Source: an uncultured Anaerolineales bacterium (lineage in GTDB: Bacteria > Chloroflexota > Anaerolineae > B4-G1 > SLSP01). From it: a stretch of DNA of 64,000 nucleotides. Each line of letters opens with the position of its first letter. Position 1 is the stretch's first letter. Both the position numbers and the translations under genes were made by a program. Below, one piece after another: positions 1 through 9,028 of the stretch. The notes under the pieces were generated by a model. The model was not told the origin of the DNA. It saw only the letters and a program-made list of their open reading frames with translations, and searched no databases. The stretch lies in NCBI GenBank assembly GCA_964612845.1, contig CAZTEO010000002.1, positions 1,690 to 65,689 on the forward strand, written 5' to 3'.

Positions 1-835
<835 letters not shown>

Positions 836-973
836 CTAAACCCTTGATCAGAAAAAACGCGGATATTGACGCCATGTGAGACAAACATTTCCTTTGAATT
901 ATAGCATTGCGATTATAATAAGCAAAAGAGCGGTCAGATAGGTGAAGACTCACCAGCAATCGTTCCTACTGCT

Positions 974-1016
974 GACTATCTGACGATTAGACTATCGGAC
1001 TAACAGACTATTTGAC
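974..1016 (+). promoter_or_regulatory. three direct repeats GACTAT[CT][TG]GAC with a 16-nt period just upstream of the moeA RBS (candidate operator or leader element)
   Basis: Read directly: GACTATCTGAC (974-984) gatta GACTATCGGAC (990-1000) taaca GACTATTTGAC (1006-1016) taccc AGGAGG. Lies in the divergent PFOR/moeA intergenic region. Confidence 0.4.
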
Positions 1017-1034
1017 TACCCAGGAGGTGCTATC

Positions 1035-2270
1035 GTGAAGAAGATGTGGACACTGACACCGAGGGAAGAAGCATTGGCGCGGCTGCTGGCTGCGCTTCCA
1101 GCTGGACCGTTGGGAATCGAGCGCCGCCCCACACCCGACGCGCTGAACCGCGTGCTGGCGGAGGATGTGACTGCACCGCACCCGCTGCCGCCTTTTGCGC
1201 GCTCCGTTGTTGATGGCTATGCTGTGCGTGCTGCTGACTTGGCGGGCGCCCGTGAGGACGTGCCGGTTCGGTTGCAACTGTTGGGGGAACTGCGGATGGG
1301 CCGTCCGCCGGATCTGAACGTGGGGGCAGGAGAGGCTGCGCTCATCCACACCGGCGGCGCACTGCCTGAGGGGGCGGACGCCGTTGTGATGGTGGAGTAC
1401 ACGCGCTTGGCCGGTTCTGATGACGTGGAAATAGAGCGTGCCGTTGCCGCTGGAGAGAATGTGATTCCGCCAGCCGCGGACGTGGAGACGGGCGATCTGG
1501 TGTTGCCGGCGGGCACGCGGCTGCGCGCGCAGGAGCTCGGCGGCCTGATGGCGTTGGGCGTGACGCAGGTGACTGTGGCCCGCCAGCCGCGCGTCGCCGT
1601 CATCTCCACCGGCGATGAGCTGGTCCCGCCGACGCAGGAGCCGGGCATGAACCAGGTGCGCGATATCAATACGACTTCTGTCGGCGCGCTGCTTCGCACG
1701 CATGGCGCGATCCCCTTGCCGCACGGTATCGTACAGGACGACGCGGACGCGCTCTACGAGGCCGCCGAACCGGCGTTGGCCGAGGCTGATGCGCTGATCA
1801 TCACGGCGGGCAGTTCCGTCAGCGAGCGCGATATCACGGTGGACATCGTCGAGCGCCTGGGCGAGCCGGGTGTGCTGGTGCATGGCGTCTCCGTCAAGCC
1901 GGGCAAACCTTCGATTCTGGCGCTCTGTGACGGCAAGCCGGTCTTCGGCCTGCCGGGCAACCCAGTCTCGGCCCTCAACACCATCCGGCTCTTCGTCAAA
2001 CCGGTGCTCTGGCGGATGCAGGGCGGCGTCGCGCCGCGTGCCGGTCACGTTGAAGCGCGGCTGACGGGGCCGATACCCGGCGCCGGTCCGCGTGAGTTCT
2101 TCGCGCCGGTGCGGTTGGAGGAGCGCGAGGATGGCCTCTGGGCCGCGCCCGTCTTCGGCGAATCGAACCTGATCTTCACGTTGGTGCGCGGCGATGGCAT
2201 TGTCCACGTCCCCATAGGCGTGGAGGCGCTGGAAGAAGGGTTCGAGGTGGACGTTGAACTCCTGGATTGA
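1035..2270 (+). CDS. moeA: molybdopterin molybdenumtransferase MoeA
   Basis: GTG start 7 nt after AGGAGG. MoeA-type pattern: PLPPFARSVVDGYAV, STGDELV, ITAGSSVSERD, SVKPGKP, GLPGNPVSA. The 411-aa length fits. Confidence 0.85.
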   Translation: MKKMWTLTPREEALARLLAALPAGPLGIERRPTPDALNRVLAEDVTAPHPLPPFARSVVDGYAVRAADLAGAREDVPVRLQLLGELRMGRPPDLNVGAGEAALIHTGGALPEGADAVVMVEYTRLAGSDDVEIERAVAAGENVIPPAADVETGDLVLPAGTRLRAQELGGLMALGVTQVTVARQPRVAVISTGDELVPPTQEPGMNQVRDINTTSVGALLRTHGAIPLPHGIVQDDADALYEAAEPALAEADALIITAGSSVSERDITVDIVERLGEPGVLVHGVSVKPGKPSILALCDGKPVFGLPGNPVSALNTIRLFVKPVLWRMQGGVAPRAGHVEARLTGPIPGAGPREFFAPVRLEEREDGLWAAPVFGESNLIFTLVRGDGIVHVPIGVEALEEGFEVDVELLD

Positions 2271-2301
2271 GTTGGGGACGCCAGTCTCTGGGAGGGATCA
2301 G

Positions 2302-3414
2302 ATGTTCATCCGTGAGCAGATGACGCTGCCCGACGGACCGCTGACGCTGGTGCGCGCGCCGGGTGTGCCGAAGGCCGAGGATGCAACCGAGGCCCTGCTG
2401 CGTGCCGCTCGGCGGCTCCACGGCGAGCGCGTCTTTGTGTTGGGGCCGGGCGCGACATCGACGGCGGCTTGGGCCACGCGGAACGGTGCGCGGGTCACCG
2501 TCTGGACATCGCACTTGGGCGAGGCCGAGACGCTGCGGGCGACCTTCGCCGAGAACGATTTGCAGACGCCTACGCTTCTGCTTCAGGACGACTTTGCTGG
2601 GTTGGAACCTGGGAGCCAGACGATGGCGCTGCTCCATCTGCCGCGCGGACGTGCTTTGCAGCAGGAATCTCTCCGTCTGGCAGCGGCGCTTCTGCGCCCC
2701 GGCGGACGCCTCTACTTCGTCGGCGCAACGCGCGAGGGTGTGAAGCGCGCCATCGAGGAGGCGCGGGCGATCTTTGGGCGCGTTGGGGTGCTGGTCAAGA
2801 AGGGCGGTTATCACGCGGCGGTCACCGAGCGCCCAGACGTTGATGTTGACTTGCCAGAGGTGACCTACGAGGCGACGGATGTCCTCGTCGCCGGGGAACC
2901 GGCGCAGCTGGTGAGCCGACCTGGCGTCTTCGCCCATGGTCGGTTGGACGACGGCGCAGCAGCGTTGATCGCGGGTATGCGCGTGGCGCCCGGTCAGCGC
3001 GTGCTCGACTTGGGCTGCGGCACCGGGATAGTGGGGCTGGCGGCGCTGCGACAGGGCGCCCAGGTCACGGCGGTGGATGTCTCGGCGCGGGCGGTGGCTG
3101 CGACCCGCCAGACGCTGGTTGCCAACGGCTATCCAGAGGCGACCGTTGTGCTCTCCATCGGGGCGTCAGCGGTGGCGCAGCAATATTTCGACGTTGTCGT
3201 CACCAATCCGCCGTTTCACAAAGGCGCGGGCGTCGATTTTGAGGTCGCGCAGCTCTTCGTCGCCGACGCCGCCCGTCTGCTGCGGGGCGGAGGCACGCTC
3301 TACCTTGTGGCAAACGCTTTCCTCAACTATCGGCCCTGGCTACAGGAACACTTCACCCAGATCGAAGTAGTATGGGAGAATACCCGCTATCACGTCTATA
3401 AAGCTGTCAGGTAG
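2302..3414 (+). CDS. two-domain class I SAM-dependent methyltransferase, RsmC/RsmD-like (N-methylase NPPF type)
   Basis: C-terminal half has VLDLGCGTGIVGLAA (motif I) and VVTNPPFHKG (motif IV). The N-terminal half is a degenerate copy, as in RsmC. Start set to ATG 2302 (GGAGGG 5 nt upstream) because the track start 2254 overlaps moeA. Confidence 0.65.
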   Translation: MFIREQMTLPDGPLTLVRAPGVPKAEDATEALLRAARRLHGERVFVLGPGATSTAAWATRNGARVTVWTSHLGEAETLRATFAENDLQTPTLLLQDDFAGLEPGSQTMALLHLPRGRALQQESLRLAAALLRPGGRLYFVGATREGVKRAIEEARAIFGRVGVLVKKGGYHAAVTERPDVDVDLPEVTYEATDVLVAGEPAQLVSRPGVFAHGRLDDGAAALIAGMRVAPGQRVLDLGCGTGIVGLAALRQGAQVTAVDVSARAVAATRQTLVANGYPEATVVLSIGASAVAQQYFDVVVTNPPFHKGAGVDFEVAQLFVADAARLLRGGGTLYLVANAFLNYRPWLQEHFTQIEVVWENTRYHVYKAVR

Positions 3415-3528
3415 TCGCGTGATCTGACTGAAACGTGTCGAGCCAAATGATGATGTTACTGAAGCCCAACTACTTCCAAAAGCAGGAGGAGATCCATCAG
3501 TTTGGTTTGCGTGACAGGATGCGAAAAG

Positions 3529-3557
3529 TTGCCGATTTTACTAAAACCCATTATAAT
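3529..3557 (+). promoter_or_regulatory. sigma-70-like promoter for the S1-domain gene (TTGCCG-17-TATAAT), implying a leader of about 190 nt
   Basis: TTGCCG at 3529-3534, 17-nt spacer, TATAAT at 3552-3557. An imperfect hairpin (TAATGAACA...TGTTATTCATTA) follows in the leader. Confidence 0.4.
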
Positions 3558-3756
3558 AGTAAGTGTGTTTGGGTTGTAATGAACAGACACCTTTGTGTTA
3601 TTCATTAGCGTAACCTTCTGCCCTGCGCGGGAGGTGACGTTGATAGATTCTGATCTGAAATGGCTTAAATCGCCGGCGTTAGGCTAAATTTGAGGATTGA
3701 GAATCATATTTGGGGCGGGATGCCGGTCGTTCAATTCAAGGAGGAAGTATATTTTG

Positions 3757-4743
3757 ATGATGGAGCAACAGGCAAACGAAGTACAAGAAACCGAACAGGA
3801 CCAATTTGCGGCTTTATTAGAGGACTCTTTTGAACGTGTGCAGCCTCGAAGAGGAGAAGTGCTGGAAGCAACAATTCTCTCTATCGGGGATAATGACATG
3901 TTAGTTGACCTGGACGGCAAACGTGATGGTGTGATCCCACCCAAAGATCTAGATCTTGTGGATGAGGGCTATTTAGTTGATCTCTCAGTTGGTGACACGA
4001 TCCCAGTTCTGGTGATGAAAGAATCCTCACGCCATGAAGGCGTGGTTGTCTCTTTGAAAAAGGGACTGGAGCAACAGGACTGGCTGCGAGCTGAGGAACT
4101 TTTGTCCAGCGAGGACGTTTTTGACGCTGAAGTCATTGACGTCAATCGGGGCGGGATCCTGGTCGAGTTTGGAAGGTTGCGCGGCTTTGTGCCGAATTCT
4201 CATCTGACTTCTGTGCCTTCTGGCATGCAGCGGGATCGTTTCCGCGAAGCCAAGGAAGAGCTGGTCGGTAAAGAGCTCTCCCTCACGGTGATTGAGGTCA
4301 ATCAGCGCCGTCGACGCTTGATTCTTTCTGAGCGCGCCGCCAGTCGACAGCGGCGTGAGCAGCTGCTCCAAGAGTTGGCAGAAGGCGATATTCGCATCGG
4401 TATCGTGCGCAATGTCGTGGACTTCGGCGCCTTCGTCGATCTTGGCGGTGTTGATGGTCTGATCCACATCTCAGAGCTGGATTGGGACTATGTGGAGCAT
4501 CCCAGCAAGGTGCTGAGTGTGGGCGATGAGGTCGAGGTCTATGTGTTGAGCGTGGACCGCGAGCGCCAGCGCATTGGCCTGAGCCGCAAGCGTGTGATCC
4601 CCGCATCGACTATCGAGGATACGGCTGAGCCTGAAGACGAGGTTGAAGCTGCACCTGAGCCTGAAGCGGAGCCCGTGGCTGAAGCGGAGCCAGCGGCTGA
4701 GCTTGAAACCGAGGGCGAGACAGAGCCAGAGGAAGAGGTTTAA
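3757..4743 (+). CDS. S1 RNA-binding domain protein (three S1 domains, acidic C-terminal tail); ribosomal protein S1-like
   Basis: AAGGAGG upstream of ATG 3757. S1 signatures such as VRNVVDFGAFVDLGGVDGLIHISEL. The tail is EPEAEPVAEAEPAAELETEGETEPEEEV. Confidence 0.7.
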   Translation: MMEQQANEVQETEQDQFAALLEDSFERVQPRRGEVLEATILSIGDNDMLVDLDGKRDGVIPPKDLDLVDEGYLVDLSVGDTIPVLVMKESSRHEGVVVSLKKGLEQQDWLRAEELLSSEDVFDAEVIDVNRGGILVEFGRLRGFVPNSHLTSVPSGMQRDRFREAKEELVGKELSLTVIEVNQRRRRLILSERAASRQRREQLLQELAEGDIRIGIVRNVVDFGAFVDLGGVDGLIHISELDWDYVEHPSKVLSVGDEVEVYVLSVDRERQRIGLSRKRVIPASTIEDTAEPEDEVEAAPEPEAEPVAEAEPAAELETEGETEPEEEV

Positions 4744-4810
4744 TCACTTCTTGTTAGATAATTGGTGACAGCCTCACTGATTATCTCTCTTTGCTTCTGC
4801 TGATTGCGTT

Positions 4811-4850
4811 CAAAGCCCCACGCTGTACCCAAAGGACGTGTGGGGCTTTG
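4811..4850 (+). terminator. hairpin downstream of the S1-domain gene
   Basis: CAAAGCCCCAC (4811-4821) pairs with GTGGGGCTTTG (4840-4850). 11-bp stem, 18-nt loop, weak T tail. Confidence 0.4.
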
Positions 4851-5174
4851 AGTCTTGGAGTCCATAAGAAACATAGATCCCCGTCGTCACAAGCCTCACT
4901 CATCTGTGTCATTGCAGCCTGTCGCATCGGTTGACGGCGACGTGAACTTATGTTTTGTAGGTCTCTTGCCCTGTCACATTACGTAGCAACTCATTTGACC
5001 TTTACCAGAGATAGGCTGAGTCTGAATCTCTGATTCATTCAGGGTGTCGTCTTTTATATCCTCGTTAGTTAGACCTTGTCTTCTTTACAAGTGTAGTGCA
5101 CCATGGTGGAACTCAGATAATAGCCCCTGCCGCATCCACAGCTGGAGCAGGGAGTAGGTTTGAGGAGGATTTGC

Positions 5175-6536
5175 ATGCTTTTTGAAAGGATTGAATCGAA
5201 AGGTCTGGCACACTACTCCTACCTTATTGGGGATCAGCACGAAGCGATTGTGATTGACCCTCGACGGGATTGTCAGGTCTATGTGGATAAGGCAGTACGA
5301 GCCGGTTTCCGCATTACACATATTTTGGAGACACATCGTAACGAGGACTATGTCATCGGTTCGGTGGAGTTGGCTGCCCGCACCGGCGCCAAAATTTGGC
5401 ATGCCGACGCGGAGTTGGATTATCAATATGGACACCCTGCGGAGGATAGACAGGAGTGGCCTGTGGGCCGGCTGCGATTGCGCGCTATTTCTACGCCGGG
5501 GCATACGCCGGGTTCCATGAGTTACCTTCTCCACGATCCCGACGGACATCCCTGGGTAGTCTTCACCGGCGACGCACTTTTTGCTGGAGATGTAGGGCGT
5601 GTGGATTTGCCCGGTGTGGATCGCAAAGAGGAGATGGCACACCTCCTTTACGACTCGTTGTTCAATAAACTGCTGCCGTTGGGTGATGAGGTCATCGTCT
5701 GTCCCGGGCACGGCGCCGGCTCAGTCTGCGGCAATACGATTGCCGAGCGCGTCTGGACGACCATTGGTTTGGAGCGCCGCACGAATCCAAAGTTGCAGTA
5801 CGCGGATGAAGCGACCTTTGTCAAAAATGCGGCTGTGGTGTTGGAACGTCCTCCGTACTTCCAGCGCATGGAGCGTCTGAATTTGGAAGGCGCCCCTCTG
5901 CTGGGCTCATTGCCGACCCCAACGCCCTTAAAACCCGGCGCTTTTGCGGAACGCATGGACGATGCGGTGGTGCTGGACGCTCGAATGGAGACAGGATTTG
6001 GCGCGGCACATGTCGCTAACGCCCTATCGATCTGGGCGGGTGGGCTGGCGAGTTTTGCTGGCTGGTTCCTGCCTTATGATCGCCCCCTACTGCTCGTCAC
6101 CGCAGGCGACGATCCTACATCGGTTGTCCGCACCTTGATTCGCCTGGGATACGACGACGTGAGCGGTTCATTGGCGGGCGGTATGTTGGCGTGGCACATG
6201 GCTGGACAGCCTAGCGAGGCCATTGAGCTGGTCACGGGGCAGACACTCTGTCAGCGGTTAGCGCGCGGAGATGCTGCCTGGTTCCTTGACGTACGAAGTG
6301 AGGAAGAACTTGAGAATGAGGGTGAGATCGGAGGTGGACAGCACATCCATATCACAGAATTGCCCGATCATCTCAGTGAGATCCCCCATGATCGTCCGAT
6401 CTACGTCTTTTGCGGAAGTGGGTTGCGCTCCATGTTGGGTGCCAGTATCTTGCGTCGTGCAGGTGTGAAAGACGTCCGCGTTGTACTGGGCGGTACGCTT
6501 GCCTGGGAATCCGTGGCGTGTCACGGGCAGCCGTAG
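5175..6536 (+). CDS. MBL-fold hydrolase fused to two rhodanese domains (persulfide-dioxygenase/sulfurtransferase-like architecture)
   Basis: GAGGAGG before ATG 5175. MBL motifs: ILETHRNEDY (variant of HxHxDH), STPGHTPGS, FTGDALFAGDVGR, VCPGHG. The C-terminal rhodanese has the active-site loop VFCGSGLRS; the middle rhodanese lacks the Cys. Confidence 0.75.
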   Translation: MLFERIESKGLAHYSYLIGDQHEAIVIDPRRDCQVYVDKAVRAGFRITHILETHRNEDYVIGSVELAARTGAKIWHADAELDYQYGHPAEDRQEWPVGRLRLRAISTPGHTPGSMSYLLHDPDGHPWVVFTGDALFAGDVGRVDLPGVDRKEEMAHLLYDSLFNKLLPLGDEVIVCPGHGAGSVCGNTIAERVWTTIGLERRTNPKLQYADEATFVKNAAVVLERPPYFQRMERLNLEGAPLLGSLPTPTPLKPGAFAERMDDAVVLDARMETGFGAAHVANALSIWAGGLASFAGWFLPYDRPLLLVTAGDDPTSVVRTLIRLGYDDVSGSLAGGMLAWHMAGQPSEAIELVTGQTLCQRLARGDAAWFLDVRSEEELENEGEIGGGQHIHITELPDHLSEIPHDRPIYVFCGSGLRSMLGASILRRAGVKDVRVVLGGTLAWESVACHGQP

Positions 6537-6564
6537 ACGTGCTGTTGGTTTGCATAACCATCTT

Positions 6565-6597
6565 ACACCGCCTCCCACGAGGCGGTGTCTTGTTTTT
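6565..6597 (+). terminator. rho-independent terminator after the MBL-rhodanese gene
   Basis: ACACCGCCTC (6565-6574), loop CCAC, GAGGCGGTGT (6579-6588), then CTTGTTTTT. Confidence 0.7.
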
Positions 6598-6630
6598 CCG
6601 AATGGATTTGCGACCATGTCCAATTCCTGC

Positions 6631-6659
6631 TTGTCATGGCTTTTGCTTTGTGGTAGGAT
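6631..6659 (+). promoter_or_regulatory. sigma-70-like promoter for the PilN-like/PilO-like pair (TTGTCA-17-TAGGAT with TGn)
   Basis: TTGTCA 6631-6636, 17-nt spacer ending in TGG, TAGGAT 6654-6659. RBS AGAGGGG, then ATG 6683. Confidence 0.5.
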
Positions 6660-6682
6660 GATTGCAGAAAGAGGGGTGACCG

Positions 6683-8323
6683 ATGAATTCTTTTGAGAAT
6701 TCGGATATCAGCGACTATGATGCAGCTGACATCCGGCAAGCAGATAAGCCCTCAACAGTAACCCTTACGCCTGGTCAGTTGCTGTTGTTGTGGGTGGTTG
6801 CCGGTAGCCTTCTCCTGGCACTTATCCCCTTTGGTTTGCTCTCCCGCTCCATTCGCAATGATATTCGGTTCGCTGAGGCGGAACTGGATATGGTAGCGTC
6901 CCAACTGGATGAGACACCGTCTCCGCCACCAGATGTGCAACCGTTGCTGGCGACCTTGGAGACGCTTCGGCGTCAGATTGAGGAGCTGGAACGTGCGACG
7001 CAGATGATTGCCGGGTCACAGATTTACTGGCCGGCATTAATGAACGCGGTCAGCCAGTATGATCCACAAGGGATTGAGTTCACCTCATTTATTCAAGAAG
7101 AACAGCGGATCATACTAGAGGGCAAGGCGGTCAATAATGACATTGTCGTTGATTACGTCCAATCTTTGGAATCTTCTGAGGCGTTCTCTCGTGTGTTGAT
7201 TCAATCCATCAATCTGATTAACCAGGATGGGCCGACGGTGACTGCCACGCCTGTGCTTACCGTGACGTCTACCTTGACGCCAGCTATTACACCGACGCTG
7301 ACGCCGACGCCCAGCTTACGTGACGCCTACGAAGTGGATGACTTCGACCCGGTTCCGATTTTCTTCGATCAACCGCAACTGCACAACTTCTACCCTGTCT
7401 ACGACATTGACAAGGTCACATTCCTGGCCAAGGCAGGCCGATATTATCGTATCTATACGACAGACCTGCGTCCGGGCGTTGACACGGTGCTGGAGGTGCG
7501 GGTAGGGGGTGTTTCCTATCGTAACGATGACCGCGATGCGGGACGTCTCAGTTCCGAGGTGGTTTTCCAGGGCGGAAGCTATGATACGGATGCGGTTGTA
7601 ACAATCTCGAATCGAGATGAGTATGGCCCAGAACAGCAATATCGTGTGGTGGTAGAGGAAGTCTTGCCGACCTCTACCCCGACCGTGAGTCCGCTTTCTC
7701 CAACGCCCTCGCCCTCTCCAACTCCGACATCGACGCCCACGCCGACGCCGCAACAGCCGCCGACGCCTGACCAGCGGGATGCTTTTGAGCCGGATCAGCC
7801 ACTCCCGCCCGACATTACGCTGGGGGAGACGCAGCGTCATAACTTCTACCCTGAGGATGACGTCGATCAACTCACGTTTCTTGCGAGAGCCGGGCGTATC
7901 TACCGTGTCTCTACGTCAAACTTAACGCCAGGCGTGGATACGGTGCTAACGGTGACCGTGGGTACGGAGACTTACACACATGATGATCGCTCACCTGGGG
8001 ATCTGGGCTCTGACGTGATTGTGACTGTTCCCGAAGACCGAGATTATCAGGCACTGGTTATCGTGGAAAATCGGGGGACCTATGGCCCTGAATTCTATTA
8101 CCAGATTTCGCTCAAGCAGGCCACGGTCACGCCGACGTCTACCCCCGTCCTCTCGCCGACAGCGACTCTGACGACAACCGAGTCTTCCCTAAATCTGGAG
8201 CGACCGCCGGGTCTCAGTCGCCCCCTTCTTCGCGTCCCACGTCTCCCGGCGAATCAGACGTTTTCCGGCCCTGATGCAGTGGAGTTTGTTATCATCCTGG
8301 ACTTAACGGCGGATATTCCATGA
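6683..8323 (+). CDS. PilN-like bitopic membrane protein fused to two tandem PPC (pre-peptidase C-terminal-like) domains
   Basis: N-terminus has a cytoplasmic stretch, TM LLLLWVVAGSLLLALIPFGLL and a coiled coil. The core QIYWPALMNAV...IEFTSFIQEEQRIILEGKAVNNDIVVDYVQSLESSEAFSRVLIQSIN is PilN-like. After PT-rich linkers come two paralogous ~115-aa domains, RDAYEVDDFD...YDIDKVTFLAKAGRYYRIYT...YRVVVE and RDAFEPDQP...DDVDQLTFLARAGRIYRVST...YYQISL. Confidence 0.5.
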   Translation: MNSFENSDISDYDAADIRQADKPSTVTLTPGQLLLLWVVAGSLLLALIPFGLLSRSIRNDIRFAEAELDMVASQLDETPSPPPDVQPLLATLETLRRQIEELERATQMIAGSQIYWPALMNAVSQYDPQGIEFTSFIQEEQRIILEGKAVNNDIVVDYVQSLESSEAFSRVLIQSINLINQDGPTVTATPVLTVTSTLTPAITPTLTPTPSLRDAYEVDDFDPVPIFFDQPQLHNFYPVYDIDKVTFLAKAGRYYRIYTTDLRPGVDTVLEVRVGGVSYRNDDRDAGRLSSEVVFQGGSYDTDAVVTISNRDEYGPEQQYRVVVEEVLPTSTPTVSPLSPTPSPSPTPTSTPTPTPQQPPTPDQRDAFEPDQPLPPDITLGETQRHNFYPEDDVDQLTFLARAGRIYRVSTSNLTPGVDTVLTVTVGTETYTHDDRSPGDLGSDVIVTVPEDRDYQALVIVENRGTYGPEFYYQISLKQATVTPTSTPVLSPTATLTTTESSLNLERPPGLSRPLLRVPRLPANQTFSGPDAVEFVIILDLTADIP

Positions 8324-8943
8324 GTGCGATGCCTGATCGCCAGAACAACATCTCGGAGCGCCAACGACGGCGCTTCAATTTAGCCGTTGGCTTGATTGTG
8401 GTGGCGCTGTTAGGGGATCTGATTCTATTGGGTGGATTTGTCTATCCTCGCTGGCGTCGGCGACAGGAAGTCAATGCGTTACTGTCCAGGGCCAGGGTGC
8501 AGCTGGAGACAATGCGTCTCGAATATGAGCATCAGACACCCGAAGAAGTACAAGACGATATCGAGGCGGCTAGGGCCGAGCTGGCTGAGCAGGCTGCGGT
8601 TCTGCTGAGCGAGGAGGAGGCTGCTGAAACCCTGAACCGTCTCTATCGCCACGCCGATGAGACGGGGGTCAATATTCTGAGCATTGAGTCCGATATTGAC
8701 CTGGGAGAAGATGCTTCCGTGCCAGCGGTGACATCGACTCTCTATACTGTGCGTTTCTTCCACCTGGAAGCACGTGCTCCGACTGACAGCTTGCTGGACT
8801 TCCTTGGTAAGATCGAGGAGACAGCGCGTGTGGGCTTTAGTGTTACCAATGTGACGCTGGACGCAACCTCTTCACCCGCCAGTCTGGCGCTGGACGTGAT
8901 CTTATACACGGCGTCCGATGAGCTTCGTAGTCCCTCAGAGTAA
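8320..8943 (+). CDS. PilO-like bitopic membrane protein
   Basis: ATGA overlap with the upstream gene. Short basic N-terminus, TM LAVGLIVVALLGDLILLGGFV, coiled coil, then a ferredoxin-like C-terminal region (FFHLEARAPTDSLLDFLGKIEE...ASLALDVILYT) typical of PilO. Confidence 0.45.
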   Translation: MSAMPDRQNNISERQRRRFNLAVGLIVVALLGDLILLGGFVYPRWRRRQEVNALLSRARVQLETMRLEYEHQTPEEVQDDIEAARAELAEQAAVLLSEEEAAETLNRLYRHADETGVNILSIESDIDLGEDASVPAVTSTLYTVRFFHLEARAPTDSLLDFLGKIEETARVGFSVTNVTLDATSSPASLALDVILYTASDELRSPSE

Positions 8944-8974
8944 CTGCCTGAGTTGATGTCGTTGAAGCAGACTA

Positions 8975-9006
8975 AGAGGCGCCTCTCTAAGAGGGCGCCT
9001 CTTTTA
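8975..9006. terminator. bidirectional hairpin between convergent genes
   Basis: AGAGGCGCCTCT / AGAGGGCGCCTCT inverted repeat (one bulge), followed by TTTT on the plus strand. Lies between the PilO-like (+) and DUF2207 (-) stops. Confidence 0.55.
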
Positions 9007-9028
9007 CATGCTCTGTACCCATCAAATG

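Noticed and set aside
840-1034. Moco riboswitch upstream of moeA
   Set aside because: I could not find the conserved Moco-motif core or its multi-stem architecture. The region instead contains simple direct repeats.
1008-2207. 399-aa ORF on the minus strand covering the whole moeA gene
   Set aside because: It is antisense to an ORF with clear MoeA motifs. The product is Arg/His/Gln-rich with no motif and no RBS, which is the usual shadow ORF of GC-rich coding DNA.
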